64,000 nt of DNA from Vicugna vicugna (Eukaryota), in NCBI GenBank assembly GCA_013265495.1, contig MU058059.1, positions 744,001-808,000 of the forward strand, given 5' to 3'. The translations under genes were made by a program, and so were the position numbers. Within the stretch, counting starts at the first letter, position 1; the number at the start of each line of letters is the position of its first letter. The notes under the pieces are model-generated. The model was given only the letters and a program-made list of their open reading frames with translations. It did no database searches and was not told the origin of the DNA. Shown here one piece after another: positions 24,413 to 38,323 of the stretch.

Positions 24413-27174
24413 ATCTTTTACGTACTTTATTTCCATCTCCCCAATTTTTATTATGAGTTTATTGCTTTAAGTAATCAAATATTATTAATTTTTAAGATAA
24501 TTACATATGCAAGTCTAAAATTCTGGTTAGAGTTGTACCAACTAGTCTACTATATCTTTTTTCTTATTTCCAATATATAGTCTCCCATTTTCAGAAGTGG
24601 CTCAAAAGCATCAAAGGAGTGAAGAAGATTCTTCCAGTCAAATGGGGGACAGCCACGTAATTTGGACTGCAAGTCACAGAGCCCCAGTGTATGACTCACA
24701 GTCTAAGGGGTTGTCTGACTCATTCCGGCCCCACTGTCCTTTAAAGAGGTAGGATTCAGTTTTCAGGTATCATAGATGCCAACCCCAGAGCTTATCCAGA
24801 AAGATTGAGAACAATGTCTGAGTTTCAACTTCTACAAATCAAATCAGGGAAGGAAATAGACTAAATTAATTTCAAGATGCATCCTCTTACTAATATTTCA
24901 AGTCTGTTTTTTTAACTCAGAGAAGCTAAGGCTGGAAAAAGCTTGACAAAAAAAAAAAGAAAGCCTACAAGGGATGTTTGGAAAATATGCTATAACCATA
25001 AAGTCAGCAGGTCCATGTGGCACAAATCCCAAGATAACAAGGGAATTAGCAACTGGGTCGGCCAAAGTCTTATAATTTACTGAAACAGTCACACTGAATG
25101 TAATACGGTAAGTTGCAAAAAAAAAAAGAGAGAGAAAGAGCAAGAGCTAGTTGTCTCTGAAAAAAAGGAGACACTCCCCAAATCTACACTGAAAGAAACC
25201 TTCCAAAAAGAATTCTAAAATGGTCCTGTAGTGAGTAATTGAACCACAACTAAATGAAGACTATCATGGGAGAAGAAATTCACCACCTTTCTACCTTAAG
25301 AATCAGCTGGTCTGTTTCAAAGTCAATTGTGCTATATATATGTAGCAAGATCTTCAAAAACAGGCGTACCTTCCGACCTGGTAATTCCGTTTATAGGATT
25401 TTATCCTTGAGAAGTAAGCGAATTAGAAAAAGAATAAAATTTCAAGTGCGAAGACACTCAGTTCCCTGAATGATTGGAGTTAATCTAGCTGTGCCGACAA
25501 GAAAGGTAAGAAGCTGATTGGGGAATTGGTATGTCCATCAATGTCAAACGTAGCCTAATTAATACACAGGTCAACCCCCCATGGTTTGCCCTTCTGTAAA
25601 GGAGATTCAACACCGTCATTCTCATCATCTCATAATCCAAGACATTGATCACCTGCAGGAGTTTAACGTGGCAGGTGCCTTCTTCTTGCCTCCTGGAAGC
25701 AAGCTTTCCTCTTCATACAGACAAACATGCTCCCCAGGTGTGCAGTGGTTAAGATGGCAGAACAACTGAACTGGATTCAACCCTGCCCCACAAATCGTCA
25801 ACACACGGAAAATTCATAAGCTTGCTTTTTGAAAGCTGACATTATTTAATAGAAACCAAAAAGAAAGTGTTATTTATTTATGCTGCATGTTAAACTGAAT
25901 TGAGATGACTCAACCTTAAGATACTATAGCATTTTAGTCCAGGTTTTTTAGGTTGATTGGTTTTTGTTTGTTTATTTGGGAGTTTGCTTTTGCTTTATAG
26001 TTCAGACTAACAAGTTAAGAGGGAAAGGCAGTATCTCTGAGATTTTTTTGAAGACAAAATAAGGCAGAAATGTATTCATTTGATTAAGCCAACCTAATGG
26101 TGCTGCTACAGGGCAGTCATAGTGGAGAAGAAACACAAAAAAGGTAAAAAGAATATTAAGTAACCATCACTGAAAAGATAAGGCTTAAATTAAATCTCCA
26201 TGTCTACTCGGAGGAACTTCCGTTTCTAAAGATGGCCCGATGTTGCTTTTCAACAGCTAGCGTGACACCTAGTGTCGAGCAAGGGAAGTGAGCCACCCGA
26301 AGATTTCACTTGCTTCATACCCTCCCGTCCAGAGTTAGCTCAAATGGACCCTCTTTGACTCCTTTTATCTCAAAAACATTAACAGAATTTGTAGGCAGAG
26401 CTGTTCAAGTCACCAGTGCTGACAACGTTAAGAATCAAAGTTAACAGTAACAGTGTTTGCCTTTGAGCAAAAGTAGGGATTTTTTTCTTTTTCGTAAGTA
26501 TATATTGCATTTGCAGCAAAAATACAATTTAAAAAAATTTTTTTACAAAAGGCAAAAATCTAAATAAGAAAACTGGGAGACACCAAAATGTCATAAACTA
26601 GATAAATCAAAGCATGACTGGTTTTTGCTCAATGGGGAGATTATACACAAAATTGGGTAGAGGAAATATCGATAAACACAAAATGAGCAAATGTGCCACA
26701 TCATTTTCTGCTCATATATCTATTGTCTCACCACAACTGGACCTGGTCATATCCCTCCCTCCTCTGTGCAGCAAATTCTGGGGCCTCGTTGCCAATCCCA
26801 GTGTCTCTGGGGTTGGGAGCATGTTGAGATGGGTGACTCAGATCGCTGCAGGAAGTGGTGAAGGCTGTGGGCTTGTGAGGAGCACAGGCCCCATCAGAAG
26901 GCACACAGAATCAAACGCTTGAATGTCCTTTCTTCTGCTGTCCAAATGCAGTGAAGGTGCCTGGCTCAGGCGTTAGACGGTGAACTCCCGGGAGCAATAT
27001 TATGTTTCATTCATCACGGCCGCGGTGCTTAGCATCATAACTTAGAGCTATGAACCTGGCAGCTGAGCGAGTGTTTTGTCGAATGTCCCCACTGCTGTAC
27101 TCATACTACTTAGATATCCTGGGTCAGCAGTGGTCTGGACACTTTCATCAGTTGACAGTACCGCCAGGACCTGG

Positions 27175-27380
27175 CCAAGATCCTGAACTCCAGGGGCAAC
27201 AGACTCAGGTTCCGACCCTGCCAGTTTCTAGAATCCCCAACAAATTCCTTAACCTCCTTACGCCTTAGTTTTCCAGTATCTACAGTGAGGATTACCATAA
27301 TATTTACAGTGGCTGTGATAAGGATTGAATGAAATTATACTTTGAAACTACTTGGAATAGCAAAAGCTTAGGAAATGCTA
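27175..27380 (+). mobile_element. MIR SINE
   Basis: acaaattccttaacctcc...ccttagttttcc...gctgtgataaggattgaatgaaattat. Confidence 0.65.
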
Positions 27381-28108
27381 CTTAGTACGGTGGGACTGTG
27401 CTACCCGGAATGTGCCTTGACTGAGCGGGTCTCAAATGGTTCCTGCTTGAAGCACGGGTCTGTCTCCCACACCTCTTACCTTCCTGCACACCATCAGCTT
27501 CTTTCTCAGACTGGCCAGGCTCCTCCCCTTCTGTGCCTCATCACTTCACACAGAATGGAGCCTGAAAGGCTACCAAGCTCTAAACTTTTCTGAAAGAAAA
27601 GTTCCCTCAGAGGTTGACCACTGATCAATAATTAGTACTGTAACAGCCCCCCTACTCGGGGGGAACATTCTAGACCCGTTATACTCGTTTCACACTAATC
27701 AATGTCATTTGAGGCTGGCTCCTCCAAAGTCTTTTTTTTTATATATATATATATTTGCAACCTCTCTCAGCTCTTATGTGCCTTTAGGGGAGGCTTTGCC
27801 TTAAGAATTTCACAAGTATCCCAGGTATGAACCTACTGCTATTTATAAAGGGGTACTTTCTGGCCTTAACCCATTCAGCATTATATTAATTTCCCTTTTT
27901 GTTGTGGGGCAGGGATACTAACATGTTAAATCAGAAATTAATCCAAATATGTAAGCAAATTTTTCAAGGTAAAATCTAGAAATACCATAGGGTTCAATTC
28001 AAATTATGGGAATGTCATAAACAAAAATATTTAAGTATTTAATGTTTTTATCTAATGCTCCAAAAGTCAATGTACAAGTATTATATGTTAAATTAAATTA
28101 CACACCAT

Positions 28109-28204
28109 ATATGTAATGACCAAAACACTATGCTGTACACCAAAAACTGACCCAACATTGTAAACTGACTATACTTCAAAAAAAAAAAAAAACCAACCAA
28201 AAAA
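28109..28204 (+). mobile_element. Short L1 3' stub with TSD
   Basis: tgctgtacaccaaaaactgacccaacattgtaaactgactatacttc plus A tail; flanked by aaat(t/c)acacaccat. Confidence 0.85.
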
Positions 28205-28329
28205 AATCACACACCATCACCGTTGCTGTATACAAGTGGTAATAAACAGAGATAAAACTAATACTCCATTTTCTCCTTTAAGAAGGAGAATTAGAAAGGA
28301 GAAAACAAATAAAGGGGAAAAGAAACCAA

Positions 28330-28605
28330 GATATATAAGGTAACTGTATCAAAAGTAACTTGGTCCTTCCAAAGACTTAAAATATTCAAACCAAAGAAAT
28401 CACATTGTGAGACCTGAATATGTGTTCGCAGAACCACTGTCAATCATCTTTGGAAAACCAAAACCAAGGGAAAAAGATATCAAAGGATAAAAAATTGGCA
28501 AATGTTTCCAGTTTCAAAAAGTATTAATTACAGTTTGATGGACTTGTTGTCAATAACCAGCAACAGGTCAGAACAGGGCATTAAAGAGATGGTTTATGGA
28601 CTTTT
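28330..28605 (+). mobile_element. CR1/L3 LINE ORF2 relic
   Basis: gcagaaccactgtcaatcatctttg (AEPLSIIF), ggcaaatgtt..tttcaaaaag and attaaagagatggttt resemble the CR1 RT N-terminal region. Confidence 0.65.
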
Positions 28606-28757
28606 AATTTATAATCGTATGTTCTTATAAATAGGCATAACCACCACATTTTCTTTTCTTTTTAAGAAGGACATCAGCTAGCTGTAGTCGACTGGGAGTC
28701 AAGATCCTTGACTTTGCATGGCTGTGGGCAAGTCTCTTGACTTGGGACTAAATCCCC

Positions 28758-29019
28758 CAGTGTTCTCCCTACAGATCACTAATGGCTGCTTGTCTAGAAA
28801 GTTCCATGGTGAAATATACTGCGAAACAGTTGGGTAAACAAAGATCTATAGGTTTCATTATTGCAGACTTCTCAGAGTCTTTAATAAATTCATGTGCACT
28901 GTCAGTTTCCAAGTGTGAGCTTTGATGTGCAGTGTCTCCCATTTTGACTGCATGGAGGACAATTTTTTTTCCAGAGCACCTTACAGGACCAGGCTCCTAT
29001 AGAACTCTGAGAAATGCTG
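28758..29019. mobile_element. hAT-Charlie MITE (MER112-like)
   Basis: cagtgttctcc...gacttctcagagtctttaataaattcatgtgcactgt...gcagtgtctccc...ctgagaaatgctg, with degenerate terminal inverted repeats. Confidence 0.6.
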
Positions 29020-29964
29020 TGCTGGAAAGCCCCCTTCAGTGCTAATATTTTATGATTACACACAGTTAAATGTGAACTGTCAAAGTCAACATAGCCTCTA
29101 TTGCTACAATTAAATGCCGTGCTTTAGAAATGTGTCAAATTTTCATACACCTAACAAAAAAGCAATAAAAGCCAAAACACAACATATTTTTGAACTCTGG
29201 AACTTATACCTTAAGTGATTTAAAACCCAATTTCAAACTAAAATTTTAGGGCAGCTTAAGACTCAGTTAAGCTTATTTTCCCATTAGTTTTTGTTCCAGC
29301 AGCTATTAAAGTATATATCCTAATGGTATATAATTCATTCAATTTAAAGTGCATGCTAATTCACTTATAAAAAGAAGCAAGAGGACAAGAGGTGGGGGGT
29401 GGAGAAAGAGCAGCCCCTTTAAAATTCAGTTAGGTAATCCTGCATCCTTAATTAGATGAGAAAAACCTCTTAACTTTATCCCCTATTTGACAGGAACCCT
29501 GATATGTTCCAGATACAGCACACACAGAATAGACAGACACACAAAAGCTTTAGCAAGCAGATGGTATCGTTCTGAACCTAAAAACATTCTCTAATCACAT
29601 TTAAATTACTAATATGTAACTTAAGGCTTATTAGCAAAATACTTTATAGTATTGATCAAGACCTTCTAAGACCATTAGCATCTTTGAAGTATATATGCAT
29701 AAAGATTCTGCAAATACCAATCTCTCTGCTGAAGAGACAAAAGGATTCCTCTTCTTCCCACATCCTGTTCCCAGTGCCCTTGGCCTGACCAAGATCTCCA
29801 GGGAAATCTGAGGGTCCTGCAAGCCTTCAGGTTCCTCAATTCAGTAAACTGTTGGGGAAGGGGACCTCCTGACCCGTCCTCTGCCGGAACTCCAACTCCC
29901 GCTCCTCTGTTTACCGGGCATTTCCAAAATACATTTACTTCCTTGCTGGGCGTTTTTTTAGTCA

Positions 29965-30310
29965 GCTTGGTCTAAATCTAATCCTCACAATAACCTGGCA
30001 GAGAGACAGAGAGGAGGTTGTGGCCTCTACTTTACGAGTGAGGACATTTGGGGTGGAAATTAGAGGGGAAAATTAGGAGCCGGTCTCCCGGCTACTCCCG
30101 GGGTGATTCCCACCTCGCTACCCGCTCCACACGAGAGTGTGGTTCTGAGTGGCCAACAGCAGGATGCTTTCCTTCAGGCTCCGATCTCGCCATTTATTAG
30201 GCAGTGGCTTTGGTTACTTAACTTCTCTACATCTTAATTTCCCAAAGTGTGAAATGGGCAAATGCGGTACATACTTTATAGACAGTGAGGATTCCATTGG
30301 TTAGTACATG
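29965..30310. mobile_element. Two MIR fragments in opposite orientations
   Basis: taatcctcacaataacctg...ctttacgagtgaggac (reverse) and ttacttaacttctct...aatttcccaaagtgtgaaatggg...gtgaggatt (forward). Confidence 0.55.
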
Positions 30311-31304
30311 CAAGAAACAAACCATGGATTTCAAATCATAGTAAACTGCACAACAGAAATTGACGCATTGTAACTTCAATTAAAAATATACTAAACTCTA
30401 ATCAATTAAAGTTTCTATTAATTACAAAATTTATTTCTTCTTCCCAAACTTGTACGTCAAGCACCCACTCTATACAAGGCAAGGGGCTCGGAGTCCCTGC
30501 CCTCATGGATTCTGTAGCTCTTTTATTATAATTATTATAATTTACCTGAGCACATAAAAGACTGAAGAGTCCAGAAAGCTGGGGACTAAGGGGCAGCAGC
30601 ACCCCGTGAAGCCACAGCAGTATTCTGTGGTCAGGGGATGGAGCATGTCTAGGCAGACCGAAGCATTTTAAAATGATAGCAACAAATCAGAAAAAAAAAT
30701 TAAGCCTGTTAACAATTTTCTAAACCACTATCTTAAGTGCTCAATTAGATAGGAAAAAAATTCAAGGGCCACTCAATAGCTTGAGAAGATACCCTGTGGA
30801 AATCGTCAGCAGTCTTTAGGTCTTTGTGGTGCAGACAGAGCTTACTTGAAGGATCCAACAGACTCATTTTAATGCAGCCTTTGGTCGTCTTCTACCTTGA
30901 GGGGCCTTATTATAAATTACAACCAAGACTCTCTGTCCTGAGCACTTTTCACCTTCTGCTCAGCAGCTACGTCCTTTTCCTTGGTTCAGTGATGCTTACA
31001 CCGCACTTGAGGGGTGACTTTCAATGACAGAATTCTCTGAGTCACTGATTCAGGTCAATGAATCAGTGGGCTGCTATTGACAGAAGGAATTCCTGTCACA
31101 AGATAATGTAAACCTTAGTCCTCCTATGCCTCTTAGCAGCTGCCCAAGATCATAATAATGAGAGGCCGTGAGAGTCATTCACCCGTTTCATCACACTGGC
31201 AAAACAGAAGCCACACTAAGTGAGATCCCCCTTCATTTATGCCCCATCCAGAAAATGCAGCACAGCTCAAAGTATACATTGCAAGTCTGAAAGTGCAACT
31301 CAAT

Positions 31305-31790
31305 CCCACATTTACTGAGCACAAACCACATTCCAGGCACTGTATCACAATACAGTGGCTGCATCACGTGAGTACAAGGACGATTAAGGCACAGCCCCTA
31401 CGCTAGAAGCATTTATCATCTAGCAGGGGCGATGGACGCTTCAGTAGCAACTGTAAGGTTATGTGGCGGATCTTAAGACAGAGCCATCCCTGGGAGCTTT
31501 GGGGCACATGGAAGACTGTGCTTAGACCAATCTCAGCGGGTGAATGAATGAAGACCTAGAGTTGTGAGAAATACTTCCACGAAGAAAAGATGCTTGAAAT
31601 GATTCTGAAAAGTGAGTAAGAGATTCCAAGATAAAAGAGGCTGGGGAAAATGCTCTCAGCAGAGAGGACTACACGATCACAGGCACGAAGGTGCGAAATC
31701 AAAGAGACACCACAAGAATGTTAGGATCGCTGAGCACGAAGTGTGAGGTAGGGGGTGGCTGGAGACAAAGACATGCAAGCAGAGGAAGGC
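31305..31790 (-). mobile_element. L2 LINE 3' fragment
   Basis: catttactgagcac...ccaggcactgt...ggcacagcccct...catttatcatctag, typical of a reverse L2 3' end. Confidence 0.65.
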
Positions 31791-34374
31791 TACCATTTAC
31801 AGGGTAGTTTCAATATATGAAAATGTATCGCTGAAATCCAAAAAAATTAAAATAATGTAAAAATTTTACTTCAAACAATGGCTTTGTTTCTTCTATTTCT
31901 CTAGTTCAAAACGATTTCCACTGAAAAGTCGTTTCCTCCAAGGACCCACTCCTTCTCTCTGTCACCATTTTGTATCTGCCTTAATAAACCTGTTGGTTTC
32001 TACTTTATATTAAATGCATTTGAAGGATGTCTTACCTCCCTTTCCTTTCCTAGCCCTAGGATTTTCACACAGCACCCAATATGCAGCTCTCTGACAGAAT
32101 GAATCTGTGTGGTATTTGGAACTTTTCTAACTAAGCATCTCCATCGACACATGTCCTGAACTAATCCTCTCAAGTAATGTTAACAGCGTACTTTTCCTTC
32201 TAGAGGGGGCACAAGGAACTTTCTCTCACTCCACCTTTAAAGAATTTTTTGTGGGTCAAGGACAAAAGAGAATCTTCATGGGTAGAGAACTAGATCATTA
32301 ACCAAGGGACATAACTTTTAAGAGACTGGGAGGAGCCTTTATGGGGAGAATAGGTTGAAATGAACTGGAGGAAAAAATTCTATTTTTTTGGAACTCTTTC
32401 CTGCATGGGACCAGGCTTTAATGGCTCTCACCCTCCCGTGTATACGGTGTGAGAAGACTGTGCCAAGGGTCACCCCTGTCTTTGGAGGCTTAGAAGGAAT
32501 GAGGGCGGGCCCTGAAAACACAACGGAGGTGCAGGCAGCGTGCTCCGGTCTTCTGCTAGTCTGGGCAGGAAGGGTTACCCTGCTTGCTTTGCCAGGTGAA
32601 GAGAGCATGGTGGTCCTGGCTCTGAAGTCAAGCTAGTATTAAGGATGAGTTTGCTCAAGCGCTCTCCCTTCCTTTAGGTCTTGAGACCCCCACAGGACTA
32701 AACGTAAGGACGCCAACATCTGGATACTGGTCACATTCCAACCAATAACAAAAAGTGGAAACTGTAGAATGATCCTCTTTCTCTGAAATAATGAAAACAA
32801 GCACCAGAACAGACGAACTCTTTTGTTTAAGCTCCCAAATCTAATCAGTCCTGAACAAGTATCAGCATCAGAGTGATTTGTAACAGTTTAATAATGATTC
32901 TGACATGAACTCTCATCTTCAATAAACTTTTAATGCAATAAAAAATAAAGTTGCTTGAGACAAACGAGCATATTAAGCTACTCCAAAAGGAAAATTATTT
33001 TAATAAAGACGATGGAAGGCGTTGTTGGTGGGTTGATTTTGGTTTGTTTTGTTTTTTCCTAACACAGTAGCAAGGCTGAGTTCATCACTCAATTGGAATG
33101 AAAGAATTCTCTTTGGAATTTTGGCTGGCAAGTTTCCAAGAGATCAAGGGGTCCTACGTCTCTGAGGAAGACTACTTTTAATTGTCCCAGTGCCACTGAA
33201 CTCCAGTCACCAAAAGGGAGTGAAAGTCTAAGAAATTCCTTTTAACACAAACTATTTGTTTCATATTTATGTGAATTGTTGTTACAAAATAGGCATACTT
33301 TGCATTTAGAATCAAGACCAGAAGATTTTACCCTAAATGTGCATGTTTGGACTTAGGACATAAATACACCCTAATGCGCACACACACATGTGTGGATCTA
33401 TGTGGACGTGCCTATACGTTCATATTTCTACACAGACCATAAATCTTTCTCCTTTCCTAATTCACTTTTAAACTTCTTTCCCTCTTTTTTCCTTCTCTCT
33501 TTCACTTCCTCTCCTTTCAAAGTTGGATTCAGAATTGTTAATGTATGGTGATGAGGCAGAAGCCTGGAGAACGTAGGAGACTCTTATAGTGGAGTAGAAG
33601 GGGGTTTGCAGAAAGTTGGACAAAAAAGAGAAAAAAAGGGTTGTTATCTAACAACATTGGATTCCTTGTTTGCCCACCTTGAGCACAGTTCTAAGTGACT
33701 GTGATCCTATCCAAATTTCCTCACTGCAAAACACTATCAGAAAGCACATTGGTAGAGTAAGGAGTTACTCAAGGTTCCCTCCACCTTGTAATTCTAAAAT
33801 AAATAAAAGTGACAATTGGGGTTTTGTTGTTATGTTTGATCCCAGTATTAAAAATGGGATCTGTGACTGGCTTGGTGTCACTGGGACTGACTTGTCTGGA
33901 TGAGTAATTCACAGAATTAGAGGATTCCTGCTTCTGGGAAGGATGTAACCAATGCTCCCACTCTAGCAACTAGAAAAAAGAGTGGATAAATTACAAAAAG
34001 CCTACTTTAAATAAAGCAGAGTGGCAGGACGCAGTGGGTACTGGGTACACTGGAATTCCAGATCAGGGCAAGCCCTTCCAGGGTGTGCAGACTGTCACCT
34101 GCTGTGTTCCTAAAAGGGGGAGGGCAATGGAGTTGTGTCTGATTGGGCGTGAGGATGGAGGAAAGGAAATCAGCGAGGCTTCTGGCAGTCAGATGAACTG
34201 AACGGAAACGTGAAATACCCAAAATGAGGCCAGTTTTCCCCTAAAGGACTCTTGCTGAATTCTGGCAGATCAGGTGGGAGGCAGGGGAACAAGGGCTTTG
34301 AAAGGCAGAGTGAAAGTTCCCATAATCTCCTGATGCGTTAGAAGGACGAGGTCTGCCTCAAACACATAAAGCAA

Positions 34375-34960
34375 CTGAAACTCTCACGCATTACTAGGAG
34401 GAGGATAAATTAGTGCTGCCATGTTGGAAGCCATCTTTGACAGGATCGAGTAAATATATACACACTATGACCCAGCAATTCTGCTCCTGGGGATCCACCC
34501 AAAGGAGATGGCATACAGAGACCCAGAAATTCGTACAATATTCACAGCAGCTTTCATTGTAATAGCCCAAACTGAGGGGAAACCCTAGTAGAGCTGATAA
34601 GTGAGTAGTGGTATATTTATGTAACAGACACAGCAAACAAAAAGAAAAAATTACCACTATTTGCACCAACATAAGTGAATCTCACAGACAAAAATGTTGA
34701 GGAAAAAGGGCAAAAAAAAAAGTATATCGCATGATTCCATCTGTATGACATTCAGAAATAAGCAAAATTAATCTATAATTATATAGGTCAAAATAGTGGT
34801 TTGCTTTGTGGAAGGATCAACTGGCAGGGGCCTAAGGAAATGTGCTTGGGTGCTGGAAACGTTCTATGTCAATCTGGTGGCACTTACTTGGCTATAAACA
34901 CACATAAAAATTCATCAAGCCATACAATTGCATGAAAACTCAATAAAAAATACAAAAATA
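34375..34960 (+). mobile_element. Old L1 (L1ME-like) ORF2 end and 3' UTR
   Basis: ctatgacccagcaattctgctcctgg; attcacagcagctttcattgtaatagcccaaact; gaatctcacagac; tgattccatctgtatgacattcag; AATAAA near 34942. Confidence 0.8.
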
Positions 34961-36650
34961 CCCCACCTAGAATCATTTAATTTTAGAACCAGAAAGAATC
35001 TTAGTGATCATCTTAACCAACTTTTATTTTACAGATTTGGAAACCAAGTCTCAAAAAAATTAAGATGCTTATTAATATCATAGAGGTAACTGATTCATTT
35101 GCTCAACAAGTAACTACTGGAAGTCCACTCTTTGCTGACATCGTACTAAGATACAGGTTAATCAAGACAGGCACATTACCTGCTTTCATGTAGCCTACAG
35201 TTTAGCTGCAGAAACAGAAATTAAACAAATAACCTGAAAATGAATATGCAACTGCACAAGGTGATAGAAGTTGCAAAGGACCAGCACAGTGTGTTTTTAG
35301 TGATCGTGCCTGGAGCACGAGCCCAGCTCCCCCGACTGACAGAGCAGCGCGCTCTGGTTCCAACATCCCAGGCTTTCCCCATGAACTTTGAACTTTTTAA
35401 AAACTAGGAGCAACTTATAAATCTACATGAATTTCTCTCTCCAGATTTCCAAGAGCATCCGTTAACTATAAAGCATCAGCAAAACAGCAAGTAAATGTAA
35501 AAGGATGACTCTCTCAAGACTTGTTGGTAAAGACTCAAACTCAGCAGCAAAAGCACCGCTCAGGTTACTGCACTTGAAATTTGCTTCCTTGTTTGCTAAA
35601 CCTCAGTTTTTTTTGCCACACATTAGCCAATTCAGAAAACAGAACTGAATCTCGAGACAACCAAGATCTCCACAATAGAATTAAAGCACACAACGTGTCT
35701 GACTTCTCAACCAACTCACGGTCTGCTACTTTGGGGATTTGTGTTGAAGATGCCAGCTTCTGCTCGGTATCTGTTTGAGGCGAATTGTCTCTCCAGAAAG
35801 GCTGTTCCAATTTGCCTGCAACCAAACACAAGGCATTAGTAACCTCAGTTTTCTTTGATAAGCAGCACTTACAGTACCGCCTTAAGTTTGGTTCCCGGAG
35901 AAAAGCACGCTCTAAGAGGACGATTTGAGTGAAAGCAGCTCACTGGGGAGCTCACCCTAGGAAGCACCAGGCGAAGATGCTGGAGTGAGAGAGACGGAGG
36001 GAAGGGCTGGACACTCCTGGGGCTTGCCAGGCTGGAGCCTGCGGGGAGCCTGTGAACCTCGGGGTTGGCCCACTGAGAGACAGGAGGCTGGCCCATCATC
36101 GTTTGAGGGCTGCACCTGGGCACTTTCCTCCCTGGTGCTTCAGCTGCCCCTCGTGTGGGCTGAGCACACAGGCAAAGTGACAGCGCTTTGCAGTCAGAAG
36201 TCATCTGTGCAGAGGAAAATGGCAAATACTGAGGGACTATGCATGGCCACCACCAATTCAGCTGATGGAGCATTAGTGCCAGAGGGTGCAAGGACACTGA
36301 CTCTTAGACACAAGGCTCAGGCATGTAGAGGAAGCACTGGTTCGATGGTTAAGAAGAAATCACCTAAGAGAGGATCTCAAGCACAAACGGAACCTGCTTT
36401 AAAAGCTGAAAAGCAGTATGTGAATAAAGCTATTCTTCTCTTCTGTCACTACTTAGACCATGGACCGTCTGTAGCCTACATGTGATAGTCCACAGAATTA
36501 CTTTTCTTAACGGGAAGATCGCCCTGGGTCTTCACGTGCTGCAAGTCTTGTGGTCTGTTTCAATGAAGAGTGAATAAATAGTGGTCATGCGTGGAATCAA
36601 AGAAATACACACATACATACACATACACACATATAAATTAATTCATTTTT

Positions 36651-36960
36651 TATTATTTTTATTGAAGTATAGTCGGTTTACAATGTTGTGTTAATATCTG
36701 GTGTACAGCATAGTGATTCATTTATATATATGTATATGTGTGTATATATATATGTGAATATATATATATATTCCTTTTCATATTATTTTTTATTATAGGC
36801 TATTCCAAAGTACCGAATATAGTTCCCTGTGCTCTACAGGAGTTTGTTGTTTATCTATTTTATATGCAGTAGTTAGTATCTGCAAATCCGAAACTCCCAA
36901 TTTATCCTTCTCCACCCCCTTTCCCCACAGTAACCATAAGCTTGTTTTCCATGTCTGTCA
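36651..36960 (-). mobile_element. L1 3' UTR stub with TSD
   Basis: Reverse L1 3' UTR (attgaagtatagtc..tttacaatgttgtgttaat; ttagtatctgcaaat); direct repeat aattcattttt at 36640-36650 and 36963-36973. Confidence 0.85.
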
Positions 36961-38256
36961 TCAATTCATTTTTAATGTAATGAAACAAAAAGAAACTAAA
37001 ATGGAAACTAAAGGAATTGCTAAACTTTAAATAATCTTTATCATAAGATATCATTTTCTAATACCTTCCTCTAAGGTTAAGGAAAGGGATTACAAAGTCA
37101 GTTAAGAGACTGGTGTCCTCGGGGTTTTTCAACCAGATCATTCAACTCAAGATCAGATAAGTTCTCTTCCTTGAACGATGAAGTCATCAGCACAATGCCA
37201 AGTCCCTTGTCCCATCTCCTGGTGTTTGCAAGGTGAAGTTCTATGCTGTCAAGACATGACAACTCACACTCGTTTCTTTAGCCCCGGTTTCACAACTCCG
37301 TCATACTCACGTGCTATTCAAGTGAAAGCACTTCTCCGCAGCCCTTGCAGTGCGGCTTCCGGACATCTGGGTTCTTTAGATCTGTCTTCAGTTGTCTGAA
37401 GTTCCTGGCCAAGCAGCTTCCCCAGGAAGAGCCCCTGGTTTCTGTTTATGCTCGCCTTTGTTCTGGAGCGACGTCTTGGCTGGGAGTAGCAGCCTTCCTT
37501 CACACTCGCCTCCAGAGTTACTCTGTAGCCTTCCCTGCATGTCAGGGTGCCACATGTCGCTGTGAAGTAGTCGGATGCCAACCTCAAGTTTTACCTTTGT
37601 AAACAACTAGCTCTCAGCCTACAAGTTTCAAGGGTGTTTTTTTTATTCTGGAAATACTGCTGTTGAGCCTCTGTATCCATTTTCCTAGAATAATGAGGCG
37701 ATGCTTTTTAATACATATTTTCTTTCCTTTCTGATGTCCCGTCTTTTCCCATTTCTGGAAGACAAGGTTGTCACTTCTGTCTGAAAGCAGCCCCTTCTTC
37801 CCTGTGTCCTGTGTCTTCCCACAGTCATTCTCCCTCCGCCGCAGCCGTAAGACGAAGGTTAAGACTCACTCGCTCGTCTTGCTCCACACCTGGGTCAGGA
37901 TTCTGCGCCTTCTGAGGACTGAAGGGAAAAGCAACAACTTTGCAGACTCTCGTGATTTTCCACTTTGTTCCCTCTGGAGTTTCCCCTTTTTTCCCCTCAC
38001 TCCCACTTTTTGAGGGTGATGGCATTGAGATTTTTTTCCTGATGATGATTTTTGCTGGTCCTTTGCTATGTGTTACATATCTTATTCTGAAAGGTGGATT
38101 TATTGTCCATCTTAACATAGATATCCCTGGAATTTACATTCTTAAGCTCTCCAGCTAACTCCTACGCCCGCAAAGATTCTTACGCCCGACAGTACTTCTC
38201 ACACTTACCCTCCCTGAGATTCAGATTGACTTCATCTGCAAAAGGAGAATAAAATC

Positions 38257-38323
38257 GCTGTACACCTGAAATTACAACAATACTGTAAATCAATTATACT
38301 TCAATTAAAAACCATTTTTTTAA
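38257..38323 (+). mobile_element. Very short L1 3' stub inside a MIR-like relic
   Basis: gctgtacacctgaaatt...gtaaatcaattatacttcaattaaaa; flanked by taaaatc repeats. Confidence 0.65.

Noticed and set aside
32198..32215. CTCF-like tctagagggggcac
   Set aside because: Only the 3' half matches the consensus.
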